Positions 12,984-27,354 are shown, counted from the first letter of the stretch. The stretch: DNA of 64,000 nt from Octopus vulgaris (GCA_951406725.2 OX597816.1:63240001-63304000), one strand, 5' to 3'. Notes: generated from the sequence alone by a model not told the origin. Translations and numbers: made by a program.

Positions 12984-13205
12984 TGAAAGGGTGCTGAAAA
13001 TTTCCTGGCTTTGGGTAAAAGAAAATACAGGAGACTCAGTGAACTATGATTTTTTTTAATGAACTCTATTCCCTTCTCACATTCACTCACTTATTGCAGC
13101 AGTCTTTCAGTTCTTTTAAGCCCTGTAAAAGAAATCGGAAGGTTGGGCCTCCAACCTGGCCTTTCACAGTACCCTTAAAGTCAAGAACTTTTCAGCACCG
13201 CCTTG
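12984..13205. mobile_element. Mariner-derived MITE (~220 bp)
   Basis: TIRs GGTGCTGAAAATTTCCTGGCTT / AAGTCAAGAACTTTTCAGCACC with TA at the left. Related pieces at 30508-30612, 41110-41278 and 45590-45762. Confidence 0.75.
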
Positions 13206-13374
13206 TGTGTGTGTATATGTATATATGTGTGTGTGTGTGTGTTTGTGTACCAGTTGAATATTGGGGTTGATGCATTTGACTTGGTCACTCTCCTGAAATT
13301 GCTGCCTCTGTGCCAAAAATTTGAAAGAAACCACTATTTGATATGTGTATGTGTGTGTGTGTGTGTCAGAGGAG

Positions 13375-13810
13375 GCATATTCTTTTCTACTCTAGGCACA
13401 AAGTACGAAATTTTTGTGGAGGAGGCCAGTTGATTAGATTGACCCCAGTTCACAACTGGTACTTGATTCATTGACCCCAAAAGGATGAAAGGCAAAATTG
13501 ACCTCGGCGGAATTTGAACTCAGAACATAAAGACAAACGAAGTACTGCTAAAAATTTCATCCGGCATGCTAACGTTTCTTATTTCTTTATTGTTCACAAG
13601 GGGCTAAACATAGAGGGGACAAACAAGGACAGATAAAGGGATTAAGTCAATTACATCAACTCCAGTGTGTAACTGATACTTAATTTATCGACCCTGAAAG
13701 GATGAAAGGCAAAGTCGACCTCAGCGGAATTTGAACTCAGAATGTAGTGGCAGATGAAATACTACTAAGCATTTCGCCTGGCGTGCTAGCATTTCTGCCA
13801 GCTTGCCGCT
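13375..13810 (-). mobile_element. Two tandem SINE family B copies
   Basis: AAAGGATGAAAGGCAAA...CCTCRGCGGAATTTGAACTCAGAA occurs twice. Confidence 0.8.
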
Positions 13811-14452
13811 CTCAGAGGAAGCATATTGGATGGAAAAGAACTGTTTAACAGGGAAGGAGAGAGCGAAAGAGTGTGTGTGTGTGTGTGTGTGCGTGCGTGA
13901 TTGGGGGCGGTGGTGTAGGAATTTTGTTTTGCACGTGTGCAATGTGGTAAAGATATAAGTGCTTTAAAAGGAAAGTGTAAATTATTTTTCACAAAGCAGG
14001 ACCTGCAAGGGTCGGGAGAGGGTTGGGTGGGTGGGGATGTTGCGGAAGATTCCTCTGGAATCCCTGCCTTTTATGCTGACCTCATGATTCATGTCTTTTA
14101 GTCTAAAGCTCCGGGTGTTTTCTGGTAATGAAATGCATTTGAAATGATAATAATAATAGTATTACTACTACTACTACTACTACTACAATAATAATAATAA
14201 TAATGTGTACTATCCGGCTGGAAGTGTATTATTTTATCGTGTGAATATATTTTATGTAAATAATTCAATGTCATAATTTTTCTTTTTCTTCTTCTTCTTA
14301 CACGCACATACACGCACATACACACACATACACACACACACACACACGTATAAAATACATATATTAATGCAAACAGAATGTGAGGGAAAAACTAATGCAA
14401 TTTAAATGTTTTGCATTTTTATCCCAAAGAATAAAAGATGATGATGATGATG

Positions 14453-14504
<52 letters not shown>

Positions 14505-15480
14505 GTAAATAGTTATAAATAATAATAATAATAATAATAAGTAAATAATTATAAATAATAATTTTAAAAAATGCAAAAATATTGATGTAGTAATCTGAAT
14601 TGAATACATTCATATGAACTAGGAGCATAGAATCTCTTTCGCAAAACTAAAATGGAATTCTTCTTTTCATATCTTTTTTTTATATGTATATATATATATA
14701 TATATTCATATTTTTATTGTTATTTATTTTATTGTGCTTTTATTTTTTTGTTTATGTTATCGGTTTTTGTTTTTTTTTTTATTCTGAGCAACTGATGCCT
14801 TCCTGACTAGGCCATTCTGACATTTGTAGCTAATGGGACTTTAATAATTTTCATTTTATTTTATTGTGCTGTAGTTGTTGCTTTTTGCAAAAAAAAAAAA
14901 GAAAAAAAAAGAGGAAAAAATGTTTTTTTTGTTTTTATTTTATTATTTACTTATTTATTCCTTTTATTTATTTACTTTTTTCCCCTTTCTTTCTTTCTCC
15001 TTCTTTCCACATTGAAATATTTCATATTAATTCTTTGAATGAGATGGATGGTAATAATCGGTTGATATTCAAAGAATTTTACAATTTCCCCCAAGGGTTT
15101 CTTACGTAATTTTATTGACTTTCTGGAATTGCACTCTGGTTGTAACAGGAATTGTAGTGGTAGCAGAGGTGGTGGTGTTGGTGGTGCTAGTGCTAGCGAT
15201 AGTAGTGATGGTGATGTTGGTAGTAGTGGTGGTGGTGCTTCTTGTACTGATGCTGGTAGTAGTAGTAGTAGTAGTAGTAGCAGAGGTAGTGGTAATGGTG
15301 GTGGTGGTTGTGGTCGTGGTAGTGGTGCTAGTGCTAGCAATAGTAGTGATGGTGATGTTGGCAGTAGTGGTGGTGGTGCTTCTTGTACTGATGCTGGTAG
15401 TAGTAATAGTAGTAGTAGTAGTAGTGGTGTGGTGCTGCTTCTTGTGCTGGGGCTAGTAGTAGTAGTAGTAATTATTGTAA

Positions 15481-15538
<58 letters not shown>

Positions 15539-17438
15539 GGTAGTGGTAGAGGTGGTGATGCGCAACTACATTTTTATCTACTTTGTTTCTTAAAATTTTA
15601 GTGATGACATAACCTTTAATGATGATGATGATGATGACGACGAAGGCGGCAGTGGTGATGATGTTGTTGATGATGATGATAATGATAATGATAACAATAA
15701 TGGGGATAATGTCATTAGTAGTAATTCTATTAATGATATTAAATAACGAAATTAATAACGATTGCAGAAATTGCTTCGAACTACAAATATTATTATGGAA
15801 AGGAAACTTCCTGTCTGGAAAGTTCTAGGGCCTGATAGATAGATATTCCATTTTCAATTTGCTTCTAGCAGTTAACACCTTCCCTCTATGTGTAAAGATG
15901 ATGATGATGATGATGATGATGATTAACATATTGGTGGTGGTGGTGGTGGTGGTGGTGATGATGACGCAGAAGAATGCGTTGGTTGAGAGGGTGAATAAGT
16001 AATTCCGAAATATTTTGCACCCCCATTTCTTTTGAAAATTCTTCGCTTTACCAAAAGAGAATGTAAATGAAGTGAGTCAGTGTTTGTTTGCTTTTTTTAG
16101 TTTCTTTTTCGGAATTAAATAACTTTTTTTTTTCTATTCCGTATGTGTGTGTGTGTGGGTGGGGGGGGGGGGTGCGTGTGCATATCTAGGTGTTTGCGTG
16201 AAGGCTAACATTCTGCTGGTCTCTGAAAAATTGCTGAACTATGGACAGACGTTGTAGTTGGCATTTCCCTGCCAACAAACCACCTGGTAGCTTGGCACTT
16301 TCAGAGAAGGTGGGAACAGAACCTCTTTTACTGGGGAAAAACATTTAAGGATCAACACCAAGAAGGGCATCTGGCTAATAAAACAAATACCTCTGTAATA
16401 GGTAGTTGTCTGACCCTTATTGGCGCAGAAAAAAATGGATCTATTAATCAGTTTAAGCTGAATATTTTCCCCACAATTTTATATATATGTATATATACAT
16501 ATACATATATATGTATGTGTGTGTGTGTGTATGTGTGTGTGTGTGTATGTATGTATGTCTGTATGTATATATATATATGTATATATATATATGTGTGAGA
16601 ATTTGTTTTGCTGGTTTCCAAATGTGAAATTGCGCGTTAAAACAAATATTGTCATATTTTGGGAGGGTCACATTTTTTTCTTGCCAAATGAACACATGCA
16701 CTGTATATTCATTTATTATTGTTCTTATCTTTATCTTACGTATATTGTCTGGAAATCTTTTGCCACCCATTTGTGACCTCTTCAGTAACTCTTCCATCCC
16801 ATGTGCCTTCTCCTGTTCTGTTTATCTTCCACACACACACACACACACAAACACCTCTCTCATTCTTTTGCTCTTGATTGCAATCATCTTTTCTGAAGTG
16901 TAAGCAGTTGTGTAGCTTCTCTACAGCATGAAACCTACCATGCTCTGGTGTCACTTCTTTCATACTTTTGCCCATCTTTTACCTTTCATCTCCTAGAATA
17001 AAGTACTTATTCTATCGGCCTCTTTTGCCGAACTGCTAAATTACAGGGACATAAACACACTAGCATCGGTTGTCAAGCGATGTTGTGGGACAAACACAGA
17101 CACACAAACATACACACGCACACACACACATATATATACATATATGCGACAGGCTTCTTTCAGTTTCCGTCTACCAAATCCACTCACAAGGCTTTGGTCA
17201 GCCCGAGGCTATAGTAGAATATGCTTACCCAAGGTGCCATGCAGTGAGAATGAACCCAGAACCATGTGGTTGGTAAGCAAGCTACTTACCACACAGCCAC
17301 TCCTACATCACCTCGACTTCTTTCCATGTACCATCAACCAAATCCACTCACAGCCTTTCAGCTGGCTTGTTTGAACCTGGAGCCATGTGGTTGGGAACCA
17401 AAGTCCTTAACCACACAGCTACAACTACACCAGGCTAC

Positions 17439-17780
17439 ATCATCATCATCATCGTTTAATGTCCATTTTCCATGCTAGCATGGGTTGGATGGTTCAACCG
17501 GGGTCTGGGAAGCCAGGAGGCTGCACCAAGCTCCAGTCTGATCTGGCAGTGTTTCTACAGCTGGATGCCCTTCCTAACGCCAACCACTCCGTGAGTGTAG
17601 TGGGTGCTTTTTACGTGCCACCAGCACAGGTGCCAGGGGAGGCTGGCAACGGCCACGATCAGTTGGTGCTTTTAAAGTGCCACCGGCACTGAAGCCAGTC
17701 AAGGTGGTGCTGGCATCGACCACATATGGATGGTGCTTTTTACGTGCCACTGGCACAGGTGCCAGGGGAGGCTGGCAACA
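17439..17780 (-). mobile_element. SINE-like repeat family C
   Basis: (CAT)n tail, then the reverse complement of the family C body and tandem units. Confidence 0.85.
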
Positions 17781-18151
17781 GAAATAAAAAAAGAAAGAAG
17801 TAAAGCAAACCACAGCAATGATCATTGTATTTATATAAATCATTCCTTTTTATTTGGTGTTTTTTGATGAAAACATGTATTACGTATATTTTTATTAATA
17901 ATGGATGTTCAACGATGATGATGATGATGATGATGATCTTGTTCTTGCCAGATCGCTTCTTTTGTCTTTTGATGCGTGACACATGTTCTTTCACATTTCT
18001 TACTCATTCCTGTCTCTTTTTGTTATCTTTTTTATTTCTATGTGTGTATGTTGTTTTCATTTTTTTTTCACTTTACTAATTAAAATTAAGGGAAAAATGT
18101 GGGATGGACAGAAAGAGAGACATGTTAATTCATGTGTGTGTGTGTATAAGC

Positions 18152-18188
<37 letters not shown>

Positions 18189-18281
18189 AATAGGTTTAGA
18201 TAAATACACACATATATATATCTATAATACAATTATATATGTATATGTGTTCGTCTGTTTATGTTAGCATGTATATATATG

Positions 18282-18324
<43 letters not shown>

Positions 18325-18531
18325 GCATGTATACATATTTGTGTGTATATGTACATGTGTGTGTATAAATATAGATATGCATGTATATATATATGTGTGT
18401 ATATGTACACATGTATATATGTATGAGTGCATTTATGTGTATAGATGTGTATCTATGTATATATGTATATGTGTATATATGTATGTTAAACGATGATGCT
18501 GATGGTATATGTGTACATGTGTATATATGTG

Positions 18532-18564
<33 letters not shown>

Positions 18565-18991
18565 GTATATGTGTGTACATATGTCTATATTTGTATATAT
18601 ATGTGTGTATTTATACATACACATATATACATATGTGCAGATGTAAGCAGAAGTTTGCAAATTTAACATGGAAACCAAAGAAGTGGAATTAAGAAGATAA
18701 AAAGCTTAAAAAGGAAATGAAATGTCAAACCGTTTTTACAGGTGTGTCAACATTTAGCTAACTGCAGCAAATTGCTATCAGTTTGGAAATAAGAAGATGA
18801 CAATGATGAACTCTATACAAACATAACAAAAAAAAAATCTGTTGATTGTAGTTTGTGTAGTGTTTCCTTGTTGGAAAATGTAGAATTCTGTTTTGTAATT
18901 AACTATAGTGATAATTAATTATTTCTTTCTTTTTAATGAAGGTATGATGACAAACAAATATTTGTATTTTGCATGTATCATGTTAATATAC

Positions 18992-19300
18992 GTGGAGGCG
19001 CAAAGGCCCAGTGGTTAGGGCAGCGGGCTTGCAGTTGAAGGATCGCGGTTTCGATTCCCAGACCGGGCGTTGTGTGTGTTTATTGAGCAAAAACACCTAA
19101 AAGCTCCACGATGCTCCAGCAGGGTGTGGTGGCGACCCCTGTTGTACTCTTTTTGCCTCAACCTTCTTTCACTCTGTCTTCCTGTTTCTTAAGTAACGCT
19201 GCGATGGACTGGCGTCCCATCCACCTGGGGGGAACACATATGCCACAGAAAGCGGGAAACCGGGCCCATGAGCCTGGCTAGGCTTGAAAAGGGCACATAA
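18992..19300 (+). mobile_element. tRNA-derived SINE (family D)
   Basis: GGAGGCGCAAAGGCCCAGTGGTTAGGG...GGTTTCGATTCCC; closely similar to 36671-36975. Confidence 0.85.
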
Positions 19301-19619
19301 AAAAAATGTTGATGTACAAAATACATCAACATCATCATCATTGTCATCTTCATTTAACATCCATTTTCCATGCTGGCATGGGTTGGACAGTTTGGGTTCC
19401 AGTCTGATTTAGCATGATTTCTACAGCTTGATGCCCTTGCTAATACCAACCACTCCAAGAGTGTAGTGGGTGCTTTTTACATGCTGCTGGCATGGGTACT
19501 TATTACATAGCACTGGTATCGGTCATGACTATAACCTCACTTTGTTTCATAGGTCTTCTCAAGCACAGTATATTGCTAAAGGTCTTGGTCACTTGTCACT
19601 GCTTGTACGGTGCATATAT

Positions 19620-19838
19620 ATATGGTTGGAATTTACCAAAAAACAAAAGACAAAGACAGGTGTTTAAACAGCAAACAGGCGTATTAGTTTAACACTCAGG
19701 AAGGTGAGAAAGTTTTTTACGTTTCGAGCCTATGCTCTTCAACAGAAAGGAGCATGAAAAAATAAACAGAGAGAATAAAAAGAAGTTTAGTGGCTAGCGG
19801 TTGATCATGGTGATGGCTGGACAGAGGTGGTCAGACAT
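19620..19838 (-). mobile_element. Penelope-like element pseudo-LTR fragment with minimal hammerhead motif
   Basis: Minus strand 19715-19748 reads TTT-CTGTTGA-A-GAGC-ATAG-GCTC-GAAA-CG-TA-AAA and ends in a (TA)n flank. Confidence 0.55.
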
Positions 19839-20632
19839 TTATATACAAAAATGTGTACACACACACAGATATATGTACTTATGTGGTTGTGTGGTTAGGA
19901 AGTTTGTTTTGCAATTATATTGTGTTGAGGTTCAGTTCCTGTGTGTGGCATAGTGGTCAAATATCTTCTATTATAGATCCAGACTGACCAATAACTTGTG
20001 AGTAGAATTGTTTAGGCAAACTGTATGAAAACCAGTCGTGTGCATGTGTGTGTATACATAGATAGATAGAAATATACATATATGAAAGTAAAGACCTCTT
20101 TCCCTCACAAATGACCATGGAATTACACCTAGAAAGTTCCCCTCTGAGGCATAAGTCTGTGCAAGGTTATTTATGGAAAACCAGCCATCGCCCATGCATA
20201 CTAGCCTCCCCTCTCTACACCACCAATGTTACCCAAGGGAAAGGCAAAGGCCAATACAGTTTGGCACCAATGACATCGCAAGTCATTTCTACAGCTTAGT
20301 CAAATGGAGCAATGTGAAATAAAGTGTCTTGCTCAAGAACTCAACACACAGCCTGGTCTGGGAATCAACTTACACCTTTGCTTCAAATTTTTGGTGCTGT
20401 ACCAAAATCGGAAATCATTTTTCGGCAGAAACATATCTGGCAATGGGGAAGGTTGGTGACTGGAAGAGCATCTGGCTCTATAGAAAATCTGCCTCAGTAA
20501 ATTCCCTCTGATCCATGCAAAGCTTGGAAAAGTGGACATTAAATGATGGTGACAATAACAACAGCGATTATGTGTATTTGCATGTGTGTGTGTGTGAAAT
20601 AAGGAAAGTTACCATTCTTCCTCTGTGATTAA

Positions 20633-20856
20633 CCCTTTCGTTACTGTATTTATTTTGAGATGCTCTGTGTTTCTTTTAATTACTTTAAATATAACAAAGA
20701 ACTTAGTAAAATAACTTAGTTATCATTCAGCTAGTGTTAGGAACATAAATTTTGACTAAGGTTTGGTGGCAGATTTTAATTCAAAACTTTTGAAAACAAG
20801 ACATTTGTACTCGGAGCCAGAGCCAGGTTTTTAGCTGGGTTGGTAAACGAAAGGTG
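20633..20856 (+). mobile_element. piggyBac-like MITE (~225 bp)
   Basis: TTAA + CCCTTTCGTTAC ... GTAAACGAAAGG. Copies at 26059-26280, 35740-35960 and 35992-36211. Confidence 0.75.
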
Positions 20857-21444
20857 TAAGCTAAAATCATAACATTTGTACCACCATGGTGACGGTTGCT
20901 AAGTTTGACGTAATGTCAGTGGTGAGGGCAACACTCGAGTAAAATACCTTTCAAGTTGTAATTTATTTATGTAGTTTATTTAATCTTTTTTTTTTCTCTT
21001 TTTTTTGTTTACTTATTTTCTTTCCGTGGAAAAAGATAAGGATTGAAAGATAATTCAACATATTAAGTATTTAGAAAGTAATGGAAAATAAACATGCAGC
21101 AAAAAATCTATCTCTCTTCTTTTCCATTTTCTTTCTTTCTTTGTTTCTTTCTTTTATATTTTTTTTTGGTTACGTTGTATTTCTGCAAATGAAATGCATC
21201 CTCCACCAGCTGTCTAGACGTTAACATTGAACACACATCACTGGGGAGAATCGCTATGTGATGCTCTCGGTAATTTTCTAAATCGGTCAATCAATAAATC
21301 AATCGATCAATGAATCAATACTGTAATCTATGTATCTGGCAAGTCTGGCAAATAGAATCAATTAAGGTGGAGAAGAAGCTGGTAGTGGTGCATGGCTTCG
21401 TGTTTGTGTGTATGTATGCATGTGTGTGTGTATATATATATATA

Positions 21445-21478
<34 letters not shown>

Positions 21479-21510
21479 CGAATATATATGTGTGTATGTG
21501 TATATATATA

Positions 21511-21554
<44 letters not shown>

Positions 21555-22258
21555 AATATATATGTGTGTGTATGTCTATATATATATATGTATGTGTGTG
21601 TGTGTTATTGACTTTTCAGAAATGGAAAGTAAAAGGTTAAATTTTTTTTTGTCTTTTTGTCTTTTTTTTTTTCTTTTTGTTAAATGTCTTAGTCAAGGAC
21701 ATTAATGATGTAAATGAAGTGAAATATCTACAATCAGGAGTCAGAACAAGGCCAAGGACTTAACTCGCAAGAAGCTTGCTTTCATTTGGTTCCGAAGCAT
21801 TAACCAAGCCGTTTTGTTTGTTTGTTTGTTGGGTTTTTTTTTTTAAAGTTTTATAGTAAAATAGTCCATAGTCTTTTACCTTTAATCTCTCACTTGTTCC
21901 ATTCTTTGGACTGCAGCCATGCTGGGTCACTGCCTTGAAGGGTTCACTCGAACAAATCAACCCCAGTACTTATTTTTCAGCCTAGTTCTTATTTTGTTGA
22001 TCTCTTTTACTGAACCTCTATATCATGGGCATGTAAACAAATGAACACCTGTGCCAGTGGCACATAAAAAGCACCCACTACACTCTCGGAGTGCTTGGCA
22101 TTAGGAAGGGCATCCAGCTGTAGAAACTCTGCCAGATCAGATTGGAGCCTGGTGCAGCCATTTGGTTCCCCAGTCCTCAGTCAAATCATCCAACCCATGC
22201 CAGCATGGAAAGCGGACATATATATATATACATATATATACATATATATATATATACA

Positions 22259-22292
<34 letters not shown>

Positions 22293-22343
22293 CATATATA
22301 TATACATATATATATACAGATATATACATATATATATATATAC

Positions 22344-22403
<60 letters not shown>

Positions 22404-23350
22404 CTTTTACTCTTTTACTTGTTTCAGTCATTTGACTGTGGCCATGCTGGAGCACCGCCTTTTGTCGAGCAAATCGACCCCGGGACTTATTCTTTGTAAG
22501 CCCAGTACTTATTCTATCGGTCACTTTTGCCGAACCGCTAAGTGACGGGGACGTAAACACACCAGCATCGGTTGTCAAGCAATGCTAGGGGGACAAACAC
22601 ACACACACAAACACATATATATATATACGACAGGGTTCTTTCAGTGTCCATGTTTACCAAATCCGATTACAAGGTTTTGGTTGTTCCGAGGATTCCACCA
22701 CACAGCGGGGCTGAACCCGAAAACCACGAGGTTAGGAATCAAACTACTTACCCTTACCCATATAAACGCTGGCCCCTAATCAGTGCCAAGTGCAAACTGA
22801 AGAGAAGCGTATAGAAATCTGAAAGTGCATGCAGCAGATTTACTTACGCCGCACAGTTACCATTCGACTAGGTGTGTTCATCAAAATTCAGTAACAATTC
22901 CATGGCTTGTCCATTTAAAGAAATGCTAAAATCTCTACTTGCTTCTGTCTGCCGTCTGTCTTTCTCTCTCTTTGACACACTCACATAGGCACACATTCAC
23001 CCACAGACTATCACTTTTATTTGTAGTTTAGAATCTGTAATGGCACAGTGGTAACACAAAACTGCTGACCGCAGTTGTTTCTGGTCTGTTATCAATGAAG
23101 ATTTGATTATAGGATCGCGGTGAGAACTGAGGCCATGCTGTTGATTAGGTAATTTAGTTAGAATCTTCAAACAATGCATTGATCGTAGATATAGAACCAC
23201 TGTGTGTAGTTTCTAAGGCGAGACCTCTGCCTACATGTTGATCGGAGACGTACACTTATGGCTGTTTCTGTGCACATAATTATGTGTGCGTAAGTAACTC
23301 TTTGTGTGTGTGTGTGTGTGTGTTAGTGTGTGTGTGTGTGTGCTTGTGTG

Positions 23351-23389
<39 letters not shown>

Positions 23390-23391
<2 letters not shown>

Positions 23392-23456
23392 TTAGCTATC
23401 TTCATCATAAATGTTAATTTAACTGCTCTGCATGTTTGTGTGCTTACATGTGTGTG

Positions 23457-23528
<72 letters not shown>

Positions 23529-23720
23529 CGCGTGTGTGTGTGTGTTTAGCTGTCTTTATCATAAATGTTAATTTAACTGCTCTGCATGTTTGTGTGCTTA
23601 CATGTGTGTGTGTGTTTGTGTGTGTGTTTAGCTGTCTTCATCATAAATGTTAATTTAATTGCTTTGTACATGTTTGTGTGCTTGTATATGTGTGTGTATA
23701 TATATGTTAATTTAACTGTC
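23390..23720. repeat. Minisatellite with unit TTTAGCTRTCTTYATCATAAATGTTAATTTAACTGC... interleaved with (GT)n
   Basis: Three full and one partial unit visible. Confidence 0.85.
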
Positions 23721-24289
23721 TTGTATGTGTGTGTGTGTGTGTATGTGCGCGTTTGTGTGTGTCTGTGTGTGCGTGCATGCATGTGTGGGTCTTTGTACAT
23801 ATGTTACCTTCACGGATCTGTCTCCGTGTATGAGTGTGTCGATATGTAAGGCAATCATTGTGCTTCCATGTGGTGGCGGAAGAGGTGGTGGTCATGGTTG
23901 GGTGGATGGAGGGAGAGAAGTGTTTGTGATTACCAGATAAATTAGGTTAGTGTTTTTCTCTATCCTGATTACAATGATTGTTCAGAACTGCAAAGAAGAA
24001 AGCATTAAAAAAAATTTTTTAAATTACAAAAAAAAAAAAAAAGCACAGAAAACCCATAAAAAGCAAATAAAAGTAGATTGAGCAATATTATCAGGAAAAT
24101 TGGTAAAAATTGGGATGGCTGTTTGAGAGATGGAGTTAAGTGATAAATGGCAACATCAAACAAGCGTGGCGATATCAAACAGCCATGCCAATATCCAAAT
24201 GTGTATATATGGCGGCTGATTACCTTCGACTTCCAGCAGCAATTATTGTCACTCAGTAAAATAACTAAAGCATTTTCTTTATAGTATAG

Positions 24290-24945
24290 CTTTGTGTCTA
24301 TGTGTGTGTATGTGTATTTGTCTGTGTGTAAGTATGTGTGTGTGTGTGTGTGTGTGTATGAGCATGTGTGTGTGAGTGCCTGTATGAATGTGTACATATA
24401 TTTGTGTGTGTGTATATATATATGTGTGTGTGTGTGTGTGTATATGTGTATATAAGTCTGTATATGCATATATGTATCTATGTGTGTGTATGTGTATTTA
24501 TCTGTGCATAAGTATGTGTGTATATAAAGTCTATATGCATATATGTATCTATGTGTGTGTATGTGTATTTGTCTGTGTGTAAGTATGTGTGTGTGTATGA
24601 GAATGTGTGTGAGTGCCTGTATGAATGTGTACATATATTTTTGTGTGTGTATATATATATATGTGTGTGTGTGTATATGTGTGTGTGTGTATATAAGTCT
24701 GTATATGCATATATGTTGCTATGTGTGTGTATGTGTATTTGTCTTTGTGTAAGTATGTGTGTGTATGAGAATGTGCGTGAATGCCTGTATGAATGTGTAC
24801 ATATATTTTTGTGTGTGTATATATATGTGTGTGTGTGTGTGTATATGTGTATATAAGTCTGTATATGCATATATGTAGCTATGTTTGTGTATGTGTATTT
24901 GTCTGTGTGTAAGTATATGTGTGTGTGTGTATGAGCATGTATGTG
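24290..24945. repeat. Higher-order (~180 bp) tandem repeat built from (GT)/(AT) microsatellite
   Basis: The landmarks GTATTTGTCTGTGTGTAAGTATG, GCCTGTATGAATGTGTAC and ATAAGTCTGTATATGCA each recur 3-4 times. Confidence 0.8.
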
Positions 24946-25125
24946 GTAAAGCAAATCTTTCCTGAACCCTAATTATAATTATACTTGTAATTATAAAATA
25001 TTGTTTAAGTTTACCGAAAAATGGTCCTTTATCATGCCGAATTCTACTTGGTGGAATTATTAATTACTAGTTAGTTAATTAATTTTACTCTTTATTATTA
25101 TTGATATATATAATGTATATATATA

Positions 25126-25169
<44 letters not shown>

Positions 25170-26058
25170 GTGTATATTACTCAAAGAAATTCCAACTTTC
25201 ACGTTTTATTTACAATCTTATAATAATATAATATAATGAAATGATATAATATCAAATGTCCATTCTGATTGAACTAGCACTTTCATGCATTAAACTATGC
25301 AATCTTCCGGTTCATGTTTTAGTGCTGACAGTTATGCTGTACAATTTACAAATTATATTATATTATTACAAGATTGTAAATAAAGTGTGAAAATCAGACA
25401 AGGCTGGAATTTGTTTAAGTAACATATTCTTCTATGCACAATCATAGACACCCGTGTGTATCTATGTATGTGTATATGTATGTATGTATGTATATTCTAT
25501 CCTTCAGTCCCTGAAGATCGTGCATATTATCTAACCACCTTGCTTGTGTTCTGATGTAGCATATCTGGGAGTACATTAACTAATGTGCCATTACTTTGGT
25601 TAACCCTCTTGTATTTAAACTGCCTGTATCTGACCTAAATATCCTTCTTTTCTTTTTCTTTTTTTTTTTGTCAAACTAGCCATATCTGGCCTCTCGCACC
25701 TACTATACAATGTCATTCTAAGAATAAACAGTCACATCATTAATGACTTACAGGGACATGGTATTTCGTTATTCAAGCATAATATACTATAAAGTACATT
25801 TGTATAAGCCAATACCATGTTCTTCTGTGTTAACAGTGCTCTTTACATCACTTGTTAAGGTTGTCTCTACAGATACTCTATAGAAATTTCAGCCAACACT
25901 GACTTTTGTTATGACATTTCATATCCGAGATATCAGATGTAAACAACGAGATCAAAGATACAAAAAGGACAATGGGCATATATGCCATATTTTGGGAGTT
26001 TTTGCCCCTTCATCTGCACCCATCTAACCCCTTAATCATCCACAAACACATCGCTTAC

Positions 26059-26280
26059 ACCTTTCGTTACCAACTCAGCTGAAACCGGCTCTGGCCCTGT
26101 AGTACAAATGTCTTGTTTTCATAAGTTTTGTATTAAAATCTTCCACCAAACCTTAGTCACAATTAATGTGCCTAACACTAGCTTAATGATAACTAAGTCA
26201 TTTTACTAAATTCTTTATTATATTTTAAAATAATTGAGAGAAACAGAGAGCATCTCAAAATAAATACAGTAACGAAAGGG
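26059..26280 (-). mobile_element. piggyBac-like MITE
   Basis: CCTTTCGTTACC ... GTAACGAAAGGG-TTAA; reverse complement of 20633-20856. Confidence 0.75.
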
Positions 26281-27130
26281 TTAAATAACCTCTAAATACA
26301 GCGGTAAGCATTGTATTTGGTAGTATAATCTGAATGATAATGTGTTAAAATGATTGGGTGTCATTCACCTTTTAACATTTAAATCAGCCATACTTAGCTC
26401 CCAGATATTTCAACTCTGGCCGTCATCAAAAATACGCAATGTCATTATCAAAATTTTGAAGCTATAATGCATGATTAATTTAACACAAAGTTAATAAATA
26501 AACATTACACTTGACAGTGTAGAGAATAAGTCCTGGGGTCGATTTGTTCGACGAAAGGTGGTGCTCCAGCATTGCCACAGTCACATGACTGAAACCAGTA
26601 AAAGAGTAAAAGAGAGTAAGAGTATACCTAAGCATGCACATGCACACATACGCATACATATACACATGTATATTCAAATATATAAATGCATACACCTACA
26701 TATACACGAATATACAGATATACGTGCATATATACATAATATTACGAATTAATTAAAAGTCTCTGCGTAAGTTTTCAGGCTGTATAAATTAATCGAATTA
26801 ATGTTTTATTTTAAGTGAAGCTCTAAGTATTTTCATTTTAAGTAATTGTCAGTAAACGAAAAAAGAAGAAAAAAAAAAATAAAGAGAAAAGATTTGTCGT
26901 AGTTTAAAAGTGCTGAATTACCTCCCTTGAACACTGGCGTATATAGGCAATGAATGAATTTTGAAAGTGATTTCAATTATTAAATTTCTAAAATCTAGGT
27001 AAATAAAGTAAATTGAGTAAGTAGTGTGAGACACAAATGTTGTAATTAATTGCCTAAGTAAATTGCGATGAGAGTTATGTTGTTTCTGAGGTGTATAAAT
27101 AAATTAATTGTCAATGTTGTTGGTATAAAA

Positions 27131-27150
27131 TCATCGAATGTATTGAGTAG
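27131..27150 (+). promoter_or_regulatory. Candidate snRNA proximal sequence element (PSE)
   Basis: TCATCGAATGTATTGAGTAG at about -56 to -37 of U1. Position and the TCA-start resemble metazoan PSEs; the mollusc consensus was not checked. Confidence 0.4.
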
Positions 27151-27186
27151 TACGGGCTTAAATATATTTTTTCTACAGCTATAATC

Positions 27187-27350
27187 ATACTTACCTGGCA
27201 CAGGGGTAAACCATGATCATCTAGGTGGTTCTCCCAGAGTGAGGCCCTTCCATTGCACTCCGGTTGGGTTGACCTTTGCGATCGCCCCAAATGTGGGCGA
27301 CTCGGGTGCGCTATTTCTAAGTGTGGGGTCTGCGTTCGCGCTCACCCCGT
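27187..27350 (+). ncRNA. U1: U1 spliceosomal snRNA
   Basis: ATACTTACCTGG 5' end; SL1 ACCATGATCA..AGGTGGTT; SL2 loop CATTGCACTCC (U1A site); SL3 CCCCAAATGTGGG; SL4 GGGG..TGCGTTCGCGC..CCCC. 164 nt, colinear with canonical U1. Confidence 0.97.
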
Positions 27351-27354
27351 AAAT

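Noticed and set aside
14972-15593. Gly/Ser- or Pro/Thr-rich ORFs on both strands
   Set aside because: (GTA)n/(GGT)n simple repeats with a ~140-bp local duplication; no convincing splice or start context.
21210-21268. Possible small exon (CCACCAG| ... CTCG|GTAATT)
   Set aside because: Stops in all three frames and modest splice signals; cannot be supported as coding, though a UTR exon is not excluded.
22760-23295. Unique region with GTAAGT donor-like sites on both strands
   Set aside because: No matching acceptor plus open frame, and no recognisable protein.
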